This document shows positions 14,768-27,600 of a stretch of DNA of 64,000 bases, piece after piece. A program made the position numbers and the translations under genes. Numbering within the stretch: the stretch's first letter is position 1; every line of letters begins with the position of its first letter. The stretch spans positions 12,152,001 to 12,216,000 of the forward strand of contig NC_045138.2 of NCBI RefSeq assembly GCF_008831285.2, read 5' to 3'. The notes beneath the pieces were generated by a model. It did no database searches, had not been told where the DNA came from, and saw nothing but the letters and a program-made list of their open reading frames with translations. This DNA comes from Nymphaea colorata (Eukaryota).

Positions 14768-16346
14768 GTACTTGCCCTGCCGATTTTGCCGCTAGTTTTT
14801 GCAACTTATTTCTCGAATTGGTGGGTTCGTTTTCTCTGGCTTCCTGTGGGGATCTCGAGGTAGGTTTATTGTGGTTCGACAAAATTTATGACTTCTGCTC
14901 GATGTCTTTTTGTGGGTATAGGAGTTTTGGGTGCAATCCAGCTTTGCGGAGCTCTGTCTCTATCTGTCTCTCTCTTTCTATGTATATCGGGATCAAAGGG
15001 ATCTGAGTGTGGTGGGATTTGAGTGATATTGCTTTAGATTTTAATTTTCCTTTTCTTTTGGTTGTGGGTTGAAGGCTCTTATCTTCGTGTTGGTTCGGCC
15101 GATTTCAAAGAGCTTCTTCAGGAGGATGAACCGGTTCGTCGCGGAGTTGCTGTGGTTAGAGTTCATTTGGCTTGTCGATTGGTGGGCTAATCTTAAGGTT
15201 CTCTCTCTGCCTCCCTTTGGAACAAATCAATTGTTCGTGCTATTGGTTTTGCGAATTTGCTAGTATTCTTTTCCAAGAAGCAGAAGTATTTCTACTATTG
15301 TTAGATGTTGTAGCTGTAGTTACTATTTCTAGTGAAAGTTTATGCTGGAGGACGTATGAAAAGTTTGAAAGGAGAATAAATAGATAATCACATTTATGTC
15401 CTGCTCGGTTGGATCTTATGGAATAGTCCGGCTCCGATTATGAGTTAAGGTTAATACTCTCCCTTAGTTTTTTTGGCTATTGTCAAATTAAATCAAAGAA
15501 AGGAAGAAGAGAGTGGAGAATGCCCGGTAACAGAGTTAAGACCCCTTTTTAAGGGGGCTAAACTCTAAAATTCCAATTGAATCTCGGGTCTCAAAATCAT
15601 AAGGTCTAAACTCAAATAAACACTAGAATAGAAGGCCCATTGAGTACCTGGCCCAGGCTTAGGCCCAAAAAGTGGGCTGTGGCCCTGGGTTGGCTCGACA
15701 AGGCCTGGTTCGGTCGATAACTCATTTTTAATATTATTTTAATATATATAATTATATATATTTTGTTATGATTAATTATATTTATGTATTATTTTATGTT
15801 TTAAAAATATATTTTTTTAAGTTAACCAGGCTGGGCCGGGCTCGGATTTTGGTTGTCAGGCGGGGCCCGGGCCATGGTCATGGGCTATGGCCCGGCCCGA
15901 TGCTGAGGCCTACTAGAATATCCAAATAAGAAGAAATGCTATCTATCCTAAGATCTAGAATGGATAGAAAATCCGGGATGCAGCCCGCTAAACCATATTG
16001 TGTCAAGGTACCTCTTTGGTTCTGTGTGGTTCTACTCCTAGCTTGGACCATGACAAGTGTGGTGGTAGCAGTTCTCTTCACATCGACCTAGGCATCAAAT
16101 GTGCAATCCAAACATAAGCATGCCTTCGATTTATTTACCATGTTATTAGGTTTAATATTCTTTAATGCAACATAACTTTAAATTTCAATATTTAATAGTT
16201 TACTTTCATGGAAAACTGAGCACCTAAAAAGTAGTCCAAAGAGTCATGTAGGGAACAAGCATGATCTATAATTTAGTTTCCTTGATGTTGGCATTGTATA
16301 AATCACAAGGATGTACCTCTGGTGTTATGGTGGGGCAATGCCCTTG

Positions 16347-16408
<62 letters not shown>

Positions 16409-18577
16409 CTACCATGTATATTTGTTCTACAAAGTTAACTGTATATATGATCTTTATATTTCATAAAATAGAACAAAAAATTATGTTTTCCATTCCAATG
16501 CATAGATAGTATCTTACAAGCTGAGAAGCCTCAAACCGTTGATTTTTTAAGCTCTTATATATGTTTTAGACACAAAATGTTCTTCATTCTTAGGTTTTCG
16601 AACATGGAGAAGTTTAATTTTCTGAAAGACACATTCCCTGTACAGATATTTAAGTAGAGTGTATTACATCTGCATGACATTTTTCAATATGTAGACATGC
16701 ACACACATATATACACAGTACAGCTGCTTGTAGGGCTGTCTCATGTAGGTTGAACAGTTCTCCTTAGGTTCACCTCTTTGTTGGTTCATAGAACGTAATA
16801 TTCACAATCTGATGTTTTGGTGCAGGTTCATGTATATGCAGATTCTAAAACATTCAAGTCCTTAGGTGAGTACCCAATTTACTATTTGGATTTGCTGTCA
16901 AAAGTGCTAGCCGCTAGGACAAACCAGGCAATAACTTGAACTTGAAGCCTATGCAACATCAGGAGTCCAACAAATGAGAAACCAATAAAGTGGGCTATTA
17001 AATGTTAAAATTATCAACAAAACTTAAGCATTCTAGATGAAAAGCATATGACAATTGATTTATAACAGAAAAATAATCAAAATACTTAACCATGTTTCTT
17101 AAAAGCATGCCTGGGCCTCTAGTGATAGATTGCACTGGCTGGCTGTTTCTAGCTGAGCTGCCACTTGAGAATGCTTATACCATCACCTAGGTGCTGAGGC
17201 TTGCCAAGGCGCACAATAGCATAGGGTTATTTTCTTCAACAACTTTGATTTCTTCTTGTCTTCTTCTGTTGTTTGAGGTAGACCCTCTATCACACGGATA
17301 CGTGGGTTTAGCCCACGTACCCGTATCCGATACGCGGACACGCATATCTGGATACGGGACACGGGTGGGACATGCCAAAAAATAAACTATTAATTTAATG
17401 TTTTTTTTTTCATTTTATCATTTTTTTTGTGATGCATGCAATTATTTCCATGAACAATCCTTTCAAATACTCAGCACTTTTGTGATAAAACAAACTTTCT
17501 TATAAGAGTGAACTATTAATTTAATATTTTTTTTCATTTTATTATTTTTTGAGAATATAAAATTTGCCATATCCACGTATCCAAAATTTTCAAAATTACC
17601 GTGTCTGTACCCGTATCACTGTACCCGTACCCATTTCGTACCCGCACCCATGTGACATAGGGTAGACCTTTTTCTCTCTTCTTCAATCTTTATGCAGATT
17701 TCTTTTTCTCATTATTTTTGCTGTTTCATGCGATTTTGCATTTGAAGTATATATGTGTGTGTGTGTGTGTGCTTCTTTGAATATTTATATCTTCTTTCTT
17801 AAGTTTTTAACTGCTACACACATATCTGATCTTTCTAATAATTTTTTCTTGCTTATTGGAATTATAATAGAAAACTGTTTTACAATTTGCTGTCTTAATA
17901 TGGGTCCCAATGTCCCATGACTATTTTGATGATTTATGTTTGTCTTTTTTCCTAATTAAATTAGTATAAAGTTTTAGTCTAAATTTTAGGATTAGAAATT
18001 AGAATTAGATATTTACCAATAGTATTTATGAAACTTGAAGATTTTATATGTTTTAAAACATTGACAAGCATTTATGTTAAATTTTATGCTTACCATGCTA
18101 TATGTTATTCAAATTTTAGTTGTTCAACTTCATAAATTTTGTAAACGTTAATTTTATGTTTATTGTCATGCTATGGAATATCATTGTGCGTTTTATTATT
18201 ATTTGCTTAGAATGAATTGATTTTTATAGGTTTAGTTTCGTTGCTAATTTTAGGAGTTCACTATTCCATTTTATTGTCTTTTTCGGCGTCTGCTTGATGT
18301 GCCTAGTCCCAAGTGTCTAATCCCACTTCAATTTTTGAGTCAAGCCACTATATAGGCTGCACTTGTTGCTTTTTATGGCATGGATGCCAATAACAGTAAA
18401 TATTGCATAACATGATGATAAAGACAATGAAATGACTTCTTGCCTAATGAGCACCTAAGTTATTCGAACGCCTTATTTAAGTGGACGTACCTGTGTTGAC
18501 ATGCCCAGACAAGGTTGTGAACCTATGTCACATAGGTACGGTAAAGGTACGGACCATTTTCAAAAAATTTGGGTGCG

Positions 18578-18620
<43 letters not shown>

Positions 18621-21600
18621 GTCAAAAAATTTCAAAATGAATAACATATTCACAAAACATAGTATGGAAGTAATTTAACATTCAAATATATCAACTTTCT
18701 TGATTCTCCGTCGCATCATCAAGATTAGAAGGAGCACAGGTCACGCTTTTAAGATATATTGACATCACACTACTATCGAAGAGTCAAGTTATAGAGAAGG
18801 AGTGGATTTTCGAAACATTGTATGGAAGATTTTAAATGAAAAGTTGTGAGGAACTATGTACAAGAAAGGTTTAAACTTTAAAGTGAAAAAAGAAACAAGA
18901 AAAGAGAGGGAGATTTTTAATTTTCAACTAAAAAAATGGACAACTTTGAACTTGGTCAAAGTTGACCGAGTCCAAAAATGGACAAAAATGATCCCGGGTA
19001 CGTTGACCGTACCCAGTACTGCGTTGACCGCACCCAGGGACGTACCCGTACCCGTACCATACCCGTACCATACGGGTACTCCTCCTTAATAGGAGTACCC
19101 GTGTGACATAGCTGTGAACATGTGTGCACGTCTGGACATGTCTCAGATGTTGTTCTGACCATGTGGGGGTGTGGCTAACCCACTGGAGGATGAATACATC
19201 TATTTTCTGACTAGGTCAAAATAACCAAGTCCAAATCCATCTAAAATTAGGGTTATTTTTAATTGTCACATATTTATATGTGGGAAAGGGTTGACCTTCA
19301 ATTCCCTTGACAATTTGAGAAAACTCTTGAAGCAGAAATCCTGCGGTGCCCTTTGACCACATTTTTCTTCCGTTTGTAGTGAAACTTTGATGACTTTTTC
19401 TAGGAATTGTCATCCAGCTGCAAACTCCAGTGACTCTGCATCCAGTGAGTCATTTGTGCATTCCTGTGGCTCATTTCCTCTCCAGCGACAGTGATGTTTC
19501 CTCTTCCTCCCCCTTCTGTCTATTACTCCCTCCCTCTTCGACATATCCATCCCTCTTTCTTTCTCTCTCTCTCTCTCTCTGACTGTTCTCTTTCTCTGTT
19601 TTTCTCCGTCATCTCCCTTTATCATTCTCAGTTTCTCTTAGTATTTTTTTTTAGTTTTTTTCGCATGCAATGATATGAATATGCATGTCCATATTCTTTG
19701 TTATAAATCTGATAAGTGATACCACAGAATCACAGAAATGAATATGTTTGTGCTGGTTGAATCAAACACACATATGCTAGCTATATACATCACTCATCTG
19801 CAAATAATGTGAATGTGGAATGATACGGGCAATGTTATCACTGGCGTAGTGTATCGCGTATCGGTCGGGCCGACCTATACGCCGTATCGTAACGTATCGT
19901 AAACGTATCGTAACGTATAGTAAAATTAATTTTTTAATTTTTAAAAAATATTAAAAAATCATAAAAATCATAAAAAATTTCAAAAAATCATAAAAATTCA
20001 AAAAAAAAAACCGAAAAAACAAGTAAAAATCAGAAAAAATCAAGAAAAATGTATTTAAAGGAACATTCATCATTCATGTATATGATTATGAAGTATGAAG
20101 TATGAACTATGACAGTATGAAGTATGAACTATGAACGACACATTCCAAAATAAGAAATTAGACATTCAAATAACATAATAAGCAGCTGAAGAGAATTCAA
20201 TTACATCACAATTCATAAGTTCAAAAGTGGAAACATATAGTTATCAATGCCACTGCCATGTAGGATCCAACATTATATCTTCACAAAACAAGTGAAAACA
20301 TACAAATAAATGTAGGAAATAAGAGAAATGAACGATTCAACGGCAAAAATGAGTTATTTCTTACCTTCTTGGTGTTAGAAACCAAAAAACCCTCTTTCTC
20401 CAAGCTTCCCACCGTCCCGAGACTCTCCACAACAAGAAATAAAGCTTCTTCACCGGCAAATCTTGATGCAAATGGAGAAAATCTCTTCCTCCCACGTCTC
20501 TTGCAGTGTTTAGAAACAATAGAAGAGAGAGAGAGGAGCGTAGGTTTTAAAAAAAGACGCAAAAAAAGGGCCGTCGGGCCCCTTTGTCATTTTTACCCCA
20601 TATCGTATGAGACGGGGGTGTATCGCCCGTATCGTACGATACGGTGCCCGTATAGTACGATACGGGCGATACGTGTGCGATACGCACGCGTATCGTGCGT
20701 ATAACATGTATCGTATCGTTTTTGTTGATACAGACGATACGTATCGTACGATACGCGTCCGTATCGTACGATACAAATAACATTGGATATGGGTGTGCTA
20801 CTGATAAGAATAGTTTTTTTTTTCTTTTTCTGATGCATGATCTATATTTTCTTTGATATGTAAATGATGCAAATAATTTGATCTTCCAGTGAGAAATCTT
20901 CCTCATTCTTTTTCCAGTCAATACTCTTGTTTGCTTCTTCTTCTTACCTTTCCTTCTGTTCTTTTTTCTTCTAAAACAATTTCATATCCCTTTTCTGAAA
21001 TTTTGGATCTGAAACCTAATATGCTCTGACATCAAACCATAATTTTTTGTGTTGGCAAATCAAAGTTTGTTTGCCTCTATATTAGTTCGTATCTTGTTTT
21101 ATCCGAGACATCTACAGATTTAAAATATTATGGTAGGTCTTCTGTCTGATCAGGTTCAGTTTTATCTGATCAGATCAGACATGCATTTTGCCTGTGTGTG
21201 TTGGCCGTGGCCCTGGATCCAACTTTCTTGAAGTTGCTCCGAACTCGTTTCCGCATCCATACCTGTACCCATGTGACAGAATTGAGCATGTTTCCTCATC
21301 TAAAATCTTCTCGATTTTCACAAAAGAGTATTTATACATATTTAATAGTTACATACTTAAATATGTATACTGTACTTTATTAATATGTGTAGAATACATT
21401 TCATACATACAAGATACATATTAAACATTTCCACATCTATAGATTATGCACAATAACTGAAATGAAAAATGCATGAAAACTTACTGTTTACAAAGTTAAA
21501 GGACAAAAGGAACAAGAATAAATGATAACATAGAAGAAAAGAAAATATGAAAGGACAAACAGAAGAAGAAAAAAAAAAAAGAAGCATTAGAAAACATAGA

Positions 21601-24600
21601 GGAAGATGAAAAATACAAAGGCAAAAACAGACTAGAAGAAGAAGAAGAATAGGAGGAGGAGGAGGAAGAAGAAAACAAGAACAAGAAAAATGGAAGAAGA
21701 AGAACAAGTAAGAAAACACGAGTCAATATTTTACTATTTTTTATTTTTTGCGTGCTTTAGTTTTTTTGGTAACACACCCTACTTTTTCTTTCCTAGTCAT
21801 GCCTAGGTAATCGATGGCCTGGACATTTTGACAAGGTTTGTCTCCTAGACCCAAGGGGGATGGGGACCTACCTTTCCTTGGTGCCCCTTTGACAACATGG
21901 CTATTTGGATGTCTGCTTTGCGTAAGTTCATTTTATGCTTATCATGTTTCATCATCGTAATCCCTTTTGTTAATGTACATTAACAGGTCAAGAACATGCA
22001 CTTGTCATATGCAACCACAGAAGCGACATTGATTGGCTTGTTGGATGGGTTTTGGCTCAGGTTTTGATTAAACCAATGTAATACTGTGTATGCATATGAA
22101 CTTTGGTTGTTTCTGATGGCAGTTACTTTCTGCTGCATGTTCCAGCGCGCTGGCTGTCTTGGTAGCACACTCGCCGTCATGAAGAAGTCATCAAAATTCC
22201 TTCCGGTGAGCATTCAGGTTTTTATATTTTGTTTAGATAAAAAATGTAATCATCATGGTCATGAAAGCTGCCAGATGCTTTAGACTTTGTAAATAGATAA
22301 CTCTAATGTGGTTGACCTTTTCTTCTCGAAATTGAAAAATGTTGAGGTACAAATATTACACTAATAAATCATAGTATTTGTTAAGACGTGTTTATACTCA
22401 GTATTAGGCTTGAGAGGGCACTTGTGTAATAATGTTTCTTTTAATGACTTTCTTGTAACTTATCCCTCTCCTCTAGTCTATATAAAGAGGAGTTAGGGAT
22501 TCTTTCGAGGTTAATCAAAGATTAGTTCTCTTAACTTTATCATGGTATCAGAGCTCCAGCCGTCTCCTCCTCAGCGAGTTGTCGCCGACTGAGCGGCGCC
22601 GCCGCCGCCTCATCGGCGTCAGTCGCCGCCGCCGCCTCATCGGCGTCAGTCGCCGCCGCCGCCCTTTGCCGCCCTGTCCATTGCCGCCTCGCCCTTTGCC
22701 GCCCTGTCCATTGCCGCCTGATCCATCCCTGCTGCCCCTCGTCGCCCTACCCATTGTCTGCCTGCGCCGCCTCCGCCTGTGCCTCCTGCGCCCGTCTGCC
22801 TGCGCCCGTCCGCCTGCGCCACCGCCGCCCGTCTGCCTGCGCCCGTCTCCCTGCGCCCGTCCTCCTGCGCCCGTCCGCCTGCGCCGCCGCCGCCCGTCTG
22901 CCTTCGCCGCCGCCTCAACGCTGATTTTTCCTCTCTGCGTCTTTCCGCTGCATGCTGCTCCGCCGCTGCTCTGCACGCTGCTCCTCCGCTGCTCTGCACG
23001 CTGCTCCTCCGCTGCACGCTGCTCCGCCGCTGTTCCGCCGCTGCTCTGCCCGTGGTTCTGCACGTTGATTTTCTTCTCACCGTCATCTCTGGTATCTCTC
23101 TTCGTTCAGCTCTGCTGTTGCCTCTTCTCGCCGATCGGACTTCTGGATTGCTACCTGCGTTAACTACATATTGCTTCATGATCAGCATGTTGTCTTTCGA
23201 TATGTGATTGTATTCTTTTGCCTGCACTTCCTATTCCGTGGCTCGGTTTCCTCCTTTGTGTTGAAAGATGTCTGAAATTAGTAGTGGCGCTAATACCTCT
23301 TCCTTTGTATCGTCGGGAGAGATGAAGAGTTCCCCATTTTCCAGCATTATCACCAAAATGGATGGGGGTAATTACGAGATGTGGGCCATGCAAGTAAAAA
23401 GAACTTTGATCGCCCATGAGAAGGAACATCTCATATTGGAGCCCGAGCCCGTACAGAAGGTAGGAAAATATACTACTTGGTTTAAAGATAATTCATTGGT
23501 TATGGTATGGATTGTTGGTACTCTTTCACAAGAAATTGCAAATGAAGTCTTGCACAAGGACAGTGCAAAGGATATGTGGGATTCCCTTGCTGCCACTTAT
23601 TCACAGGCAAGAAATGAAACGCGCATTATGCAGCTTCATCATGATATCCATCAGATGCGCCAAGATGGCAGACCTCTTCACACTTATTATTCTAGTCTCA
23701 AGTCCATGTTTGAGAGACTGAATAGCTACTTTCCCGCATGCAAGTGTGAACAACAAAAGGCATACAGAGATATGCTTATGGTAGGGGTCTTTCTTTCTGG
23801 TTTAGACTCTGTTTATGAATCCGCAAAGAACCAAATGCTTACTAGTCCCTCGATTCCTCCTATTGATGAGGCTTACAGTAGGCTCAGCAGAATTCCGATC
23901 TCTGCATCGACTGTTCCTGATACCACTTCTGCTATGCTTGCTACTCGTGGCAGAGGAGGACCCTTTTTTGCCAGAGGAAGAGGGGGCCGTGGCCGTGGCA
24001 ATACCCCTTCGCGCCCTGTATGTCAGTTTTGTCACCGCATTGGTCATACTGTGGATAAGTGTTGGCAGAAACATGGTCGTCCAGCTTTTGCAAATCAGAC
24101 TGTATCTACTGATTCTCCTGAGCAGCCTAAGCCTCAGCACATGGTATCCTCCAGTGAGTTGCATGTAGATGACATTCTCTCTCAGTTGAGGCACTTGATT
24201 GGCGACAGCGCCCATCCATCCCCTGGTCCGACCACTTCTACTGTTCCTACCGCTGCGAGTGCTTCTTCATCTGGTATGTATTCTGCTTGTACAGTCTGCT
24301 CTCCTCCTGACACTACAGATTGGCTTATTGATTCTGGTGCATCGACACATCTCTGTGGGGATAAGATGCAATTCACCTCTTACGTCCCTACTCCACCGGG
24401 TCGTTCGGTTATTCTAGCAGATGGAAAAGATTCACCAGTTGTTGGACATGGAGAGGTCCAACTTACTTCATCATTGCCGCTGCAGCACGTTCTTCATGCA
24501 CCAGAATTCCCCCATAGCCTACTTTCTATCAGTCAGATTACCAGAGAATTAAATTGTCGTGCTATATTTGACTCTTCCTCTCTTGTGTTTCAGGATATAC

Positions 24601-27600
24601 TGACGGGCAGGGTGATTGGCAGTGGCCGTGAACAGGGAGGTCTCTACAGGCTAGTGCACTCCTTTCCCTTTGCTGGATCTACCTCGTCGGGGTCGTCCTC
24701 ATCCTCGGCTTATACTTGGCATTTACGTTTTGGACATCTCCCGTTTCAGAAACTGCTGCATGTTCTCCCTCAGCTGTCTCATAAGTCGTCTTTTCAATGT
24801 GAGTCTTGTCAGTTAGGCAAACACCATCGGTCATCCTTTCCTCCGCGGTCTAGTAGAAGTAGCCACTCTGTGTTTGAGTTACTTCATTTTGATGTTTGGG
24901 GCCCGAGTCGTACTCCTGACCTTCAGGGTCATCGGTATTATCTTGTTGCTGTTGATGATTACAGTCGTGTTAGTTGGGTTTTTCTTATGAAACACAAATC
25001 TGAAGCGGGTCATGTAATCAAAAATTTTATCAATGAAATTCTGACTCAGTTTGATACTTGTGTCAAGATTGTGCGCTCTGACAATGCTCTTGAGTTCTGT
25101 GCTTCCTCTTTAGAACAATTTTTCAGGGATAAGGGTATCATTCACCAAACTTCTTGTGCCTATACCTCTCAACAAAACGGGGTTGCTGAAAGAAAACACC
25201 GCCATATTCTTGATGTCGCCAGAACCATTATCATACACAGCCATGTTCCCCATTCTTATTGGGGAGATGCTGTTCTTACAGCATGCTATCTTATTAATCG
25301 CATGCCGTCATCCGTGTTGGGAGATCTTATTCCTTTCTCTGTTCTTTTTTCTGACAGAGAATTGTTTTCTGTTGCACCTCGTATTTTTGGATGTGTTGCC
25401 TTTGTTCAGTTACTTGGTCCTGGGCGAGATAAGTTATCCCCTCGGGCTATCAAAACGATCTTTGTTGGTTATTCCCGCACTCAAAAGGGATATCGTTGTT
25501 ATGATCCTTCTACTCGTCGATATTATGTGAGTGCTGATGTTACATTTTTTGAGTCCACCTCTTATTTCTCTCCCAATGGAACTCAATTAAGGGTGCCTGA
25601 ATTTAGTGATGAAGTCCACCTTCCTTTACCTCTCATGAGTTATCCACAACCCGTTGCTTCGCGTTTTGGGGCTATCTACCAACGTCGCACTAAACCTGTT
25701 CAACCTGCCCCCTGTGCTCCTGTGCCTTCACCCAGCATGCCCAAGGTACTTCCTGAACACACAAATCCTGCTGACCATTCTTTATGTGATGATGCCACAG
25801 GGGACTCTCCAGAGCATGCTACTGGTCCTCATATTAATGAACTTGATATGCCTATTGCTCAAAGGAAAGGCAAACGCAGTTGCACTATGCATCCTCTCTC
25901 TGGTCATTTGTCCATGGCTCGACTCACTCCTACTTACCGCCAGTTTGTCAAGGGACTGTCGGCTGTAGCTCTTCCACAGACTCCTATGGACGCTCTTTCT
26001 GATCCCAAATGGGCCGCAGCTATGCAAGAAGAGATGGATGCCCTTCAGTCTAGAGGCACCTGGACACTAGTTACTCCTTCATCTGATGCAGCTATTGTTG
26101 GTTGTCGATGGGTGTTTACTGTTAAATACAGAGCAGATGGCAGCATTGAGAGATATAAGGCTCGCTTGGTTGCAAAAGGCTATACTCAGACTTATGGGGT
26201 TGATTATTATGATACCTTCTCTCCTGTGGCACGACATGCTTCTTTACGGGTTCTTCTCGCTGTTGCCGTCAGCAAGAATTGGTCTCTATCACAGCTTGAT
26301 GTCAAAAATGCCTTTCTGTATGGTGACCTACATGAAGAAGTGTATATGCAGCAACCACCAGGGTTTGTTGCTGAGGGGGAGTGTCAGAAAGTGTGTAGAT
26401 TGAGAAAGGCAATTTATGGTCTGAAACAAAGTCCTCGAGCTTGGTTTCAAAAATTATCAGAGAATATTGAGTATGAGGGCTTCAGACGTTCTTCGGCTGA
26501 TCATTCCCTTTTTGTCAAGAAAACTTCTACAGGTACAGTGATAGTTCTTGTCTATGTTGATGATATCATTGTTACAGGGGATGATATTCAGGGGATTTCC
26601 AACATCAAGGGCGTCCTTGGACGACACTTTGTCACCAAGGATCTTGGTGAGCTACGCTATTTCCTAGGTATTGAGTTTGCCAGAAATCAGAAGGGTCTTA
26701 TCATGTGCCAAAGGAAATACGTTACTGATGTCTTGCAAGAGACAGGTATGCTAGGATGTCGACCTGCCTCTACACCCATGGACATCAATACTCGCTTGTA
26801 TGATGATGATACTGAAGATGTTGATGCTAGACAATATAGAGGGATTGTTGGGAAGCTCCTATATATCACTGTTACTCGACCTGATATTGCCTATGCTGTC
26901 AGCAGAGTGAGTCAATTTATGGATAAGCCCAAGAAAGTCCATTGGGATGCTGCCATGATGATTCTCAGGTATCTGAAAAATTCACCAGGAATGGGACTCT
27001 TCTTTCAAAATGGTACATCTCTCACTATATCTGTGTATGTTGATGCTGATTATGCGGGATGTCACCTTGACAGAAAATCCACTACTGGGTTTTGTGTGTT
27101 TATTGGATCCAACTTGGTTACATGGAAGAGTAAGAAGCAGACAGTGGTTGCCAGATCAAGTGCAGAATCTGAGTATAGAGCTATGGCTCAGGCTACTGCT
27201 GAAGTTATGTGGGTTAGATCTCTGATGTTGGATCTTACTGTGGAAGTGCCTCTTCCTATGCAATTGTTAGGTGATAACAAAGCTGCTCTGTTTATTGCTA
27301 ATAATCCTGCTTTCCATGAGAGAACCAAGCATGTTGAAGTAGATTGTCACTATACCAGAGACATGATTCAAAAGGGGTTTGTAAGCACCTCCCATATTTC
27401 AACTACAGGGCAAACTGCTGATATTTTTACTAAAGCTCTTGCAAGAGGACCATTCCAAAGTTGTTGTTCCAAGTTGAGCTTGTTTGACATATACGCTCCA
27501 ACTTGAGGGGGAGTGTTAAGACGTGTTTATACTCAGTATTAGGCTTGAGAGGGCACTTGTGTAATAATGTTTCTTTTAATGACTTTCTTGTAACTTATCC

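Noticed and set aside
14413..15006. 197-aa plus-strand ORF overlapping the LPAT start
   Set aside because: Different frame from exon 1, runs through the 5' region and intron 1, no recognisable domain
20281..20921. Overlapping ORFs with RYDT/YRTIR repeats
   Set aside because: Translations of the GTATCG/CGATAC subterminal array of a hAT-type element
22548..23227. Several 140-194 aa Arg/Pro/Gly/Ala-rich ORFs on both strands
   Set aside because: Expected by-product of the stop-poor GC-rich tandem leader of Copia-1; low complexity and mostly non-ATG starts
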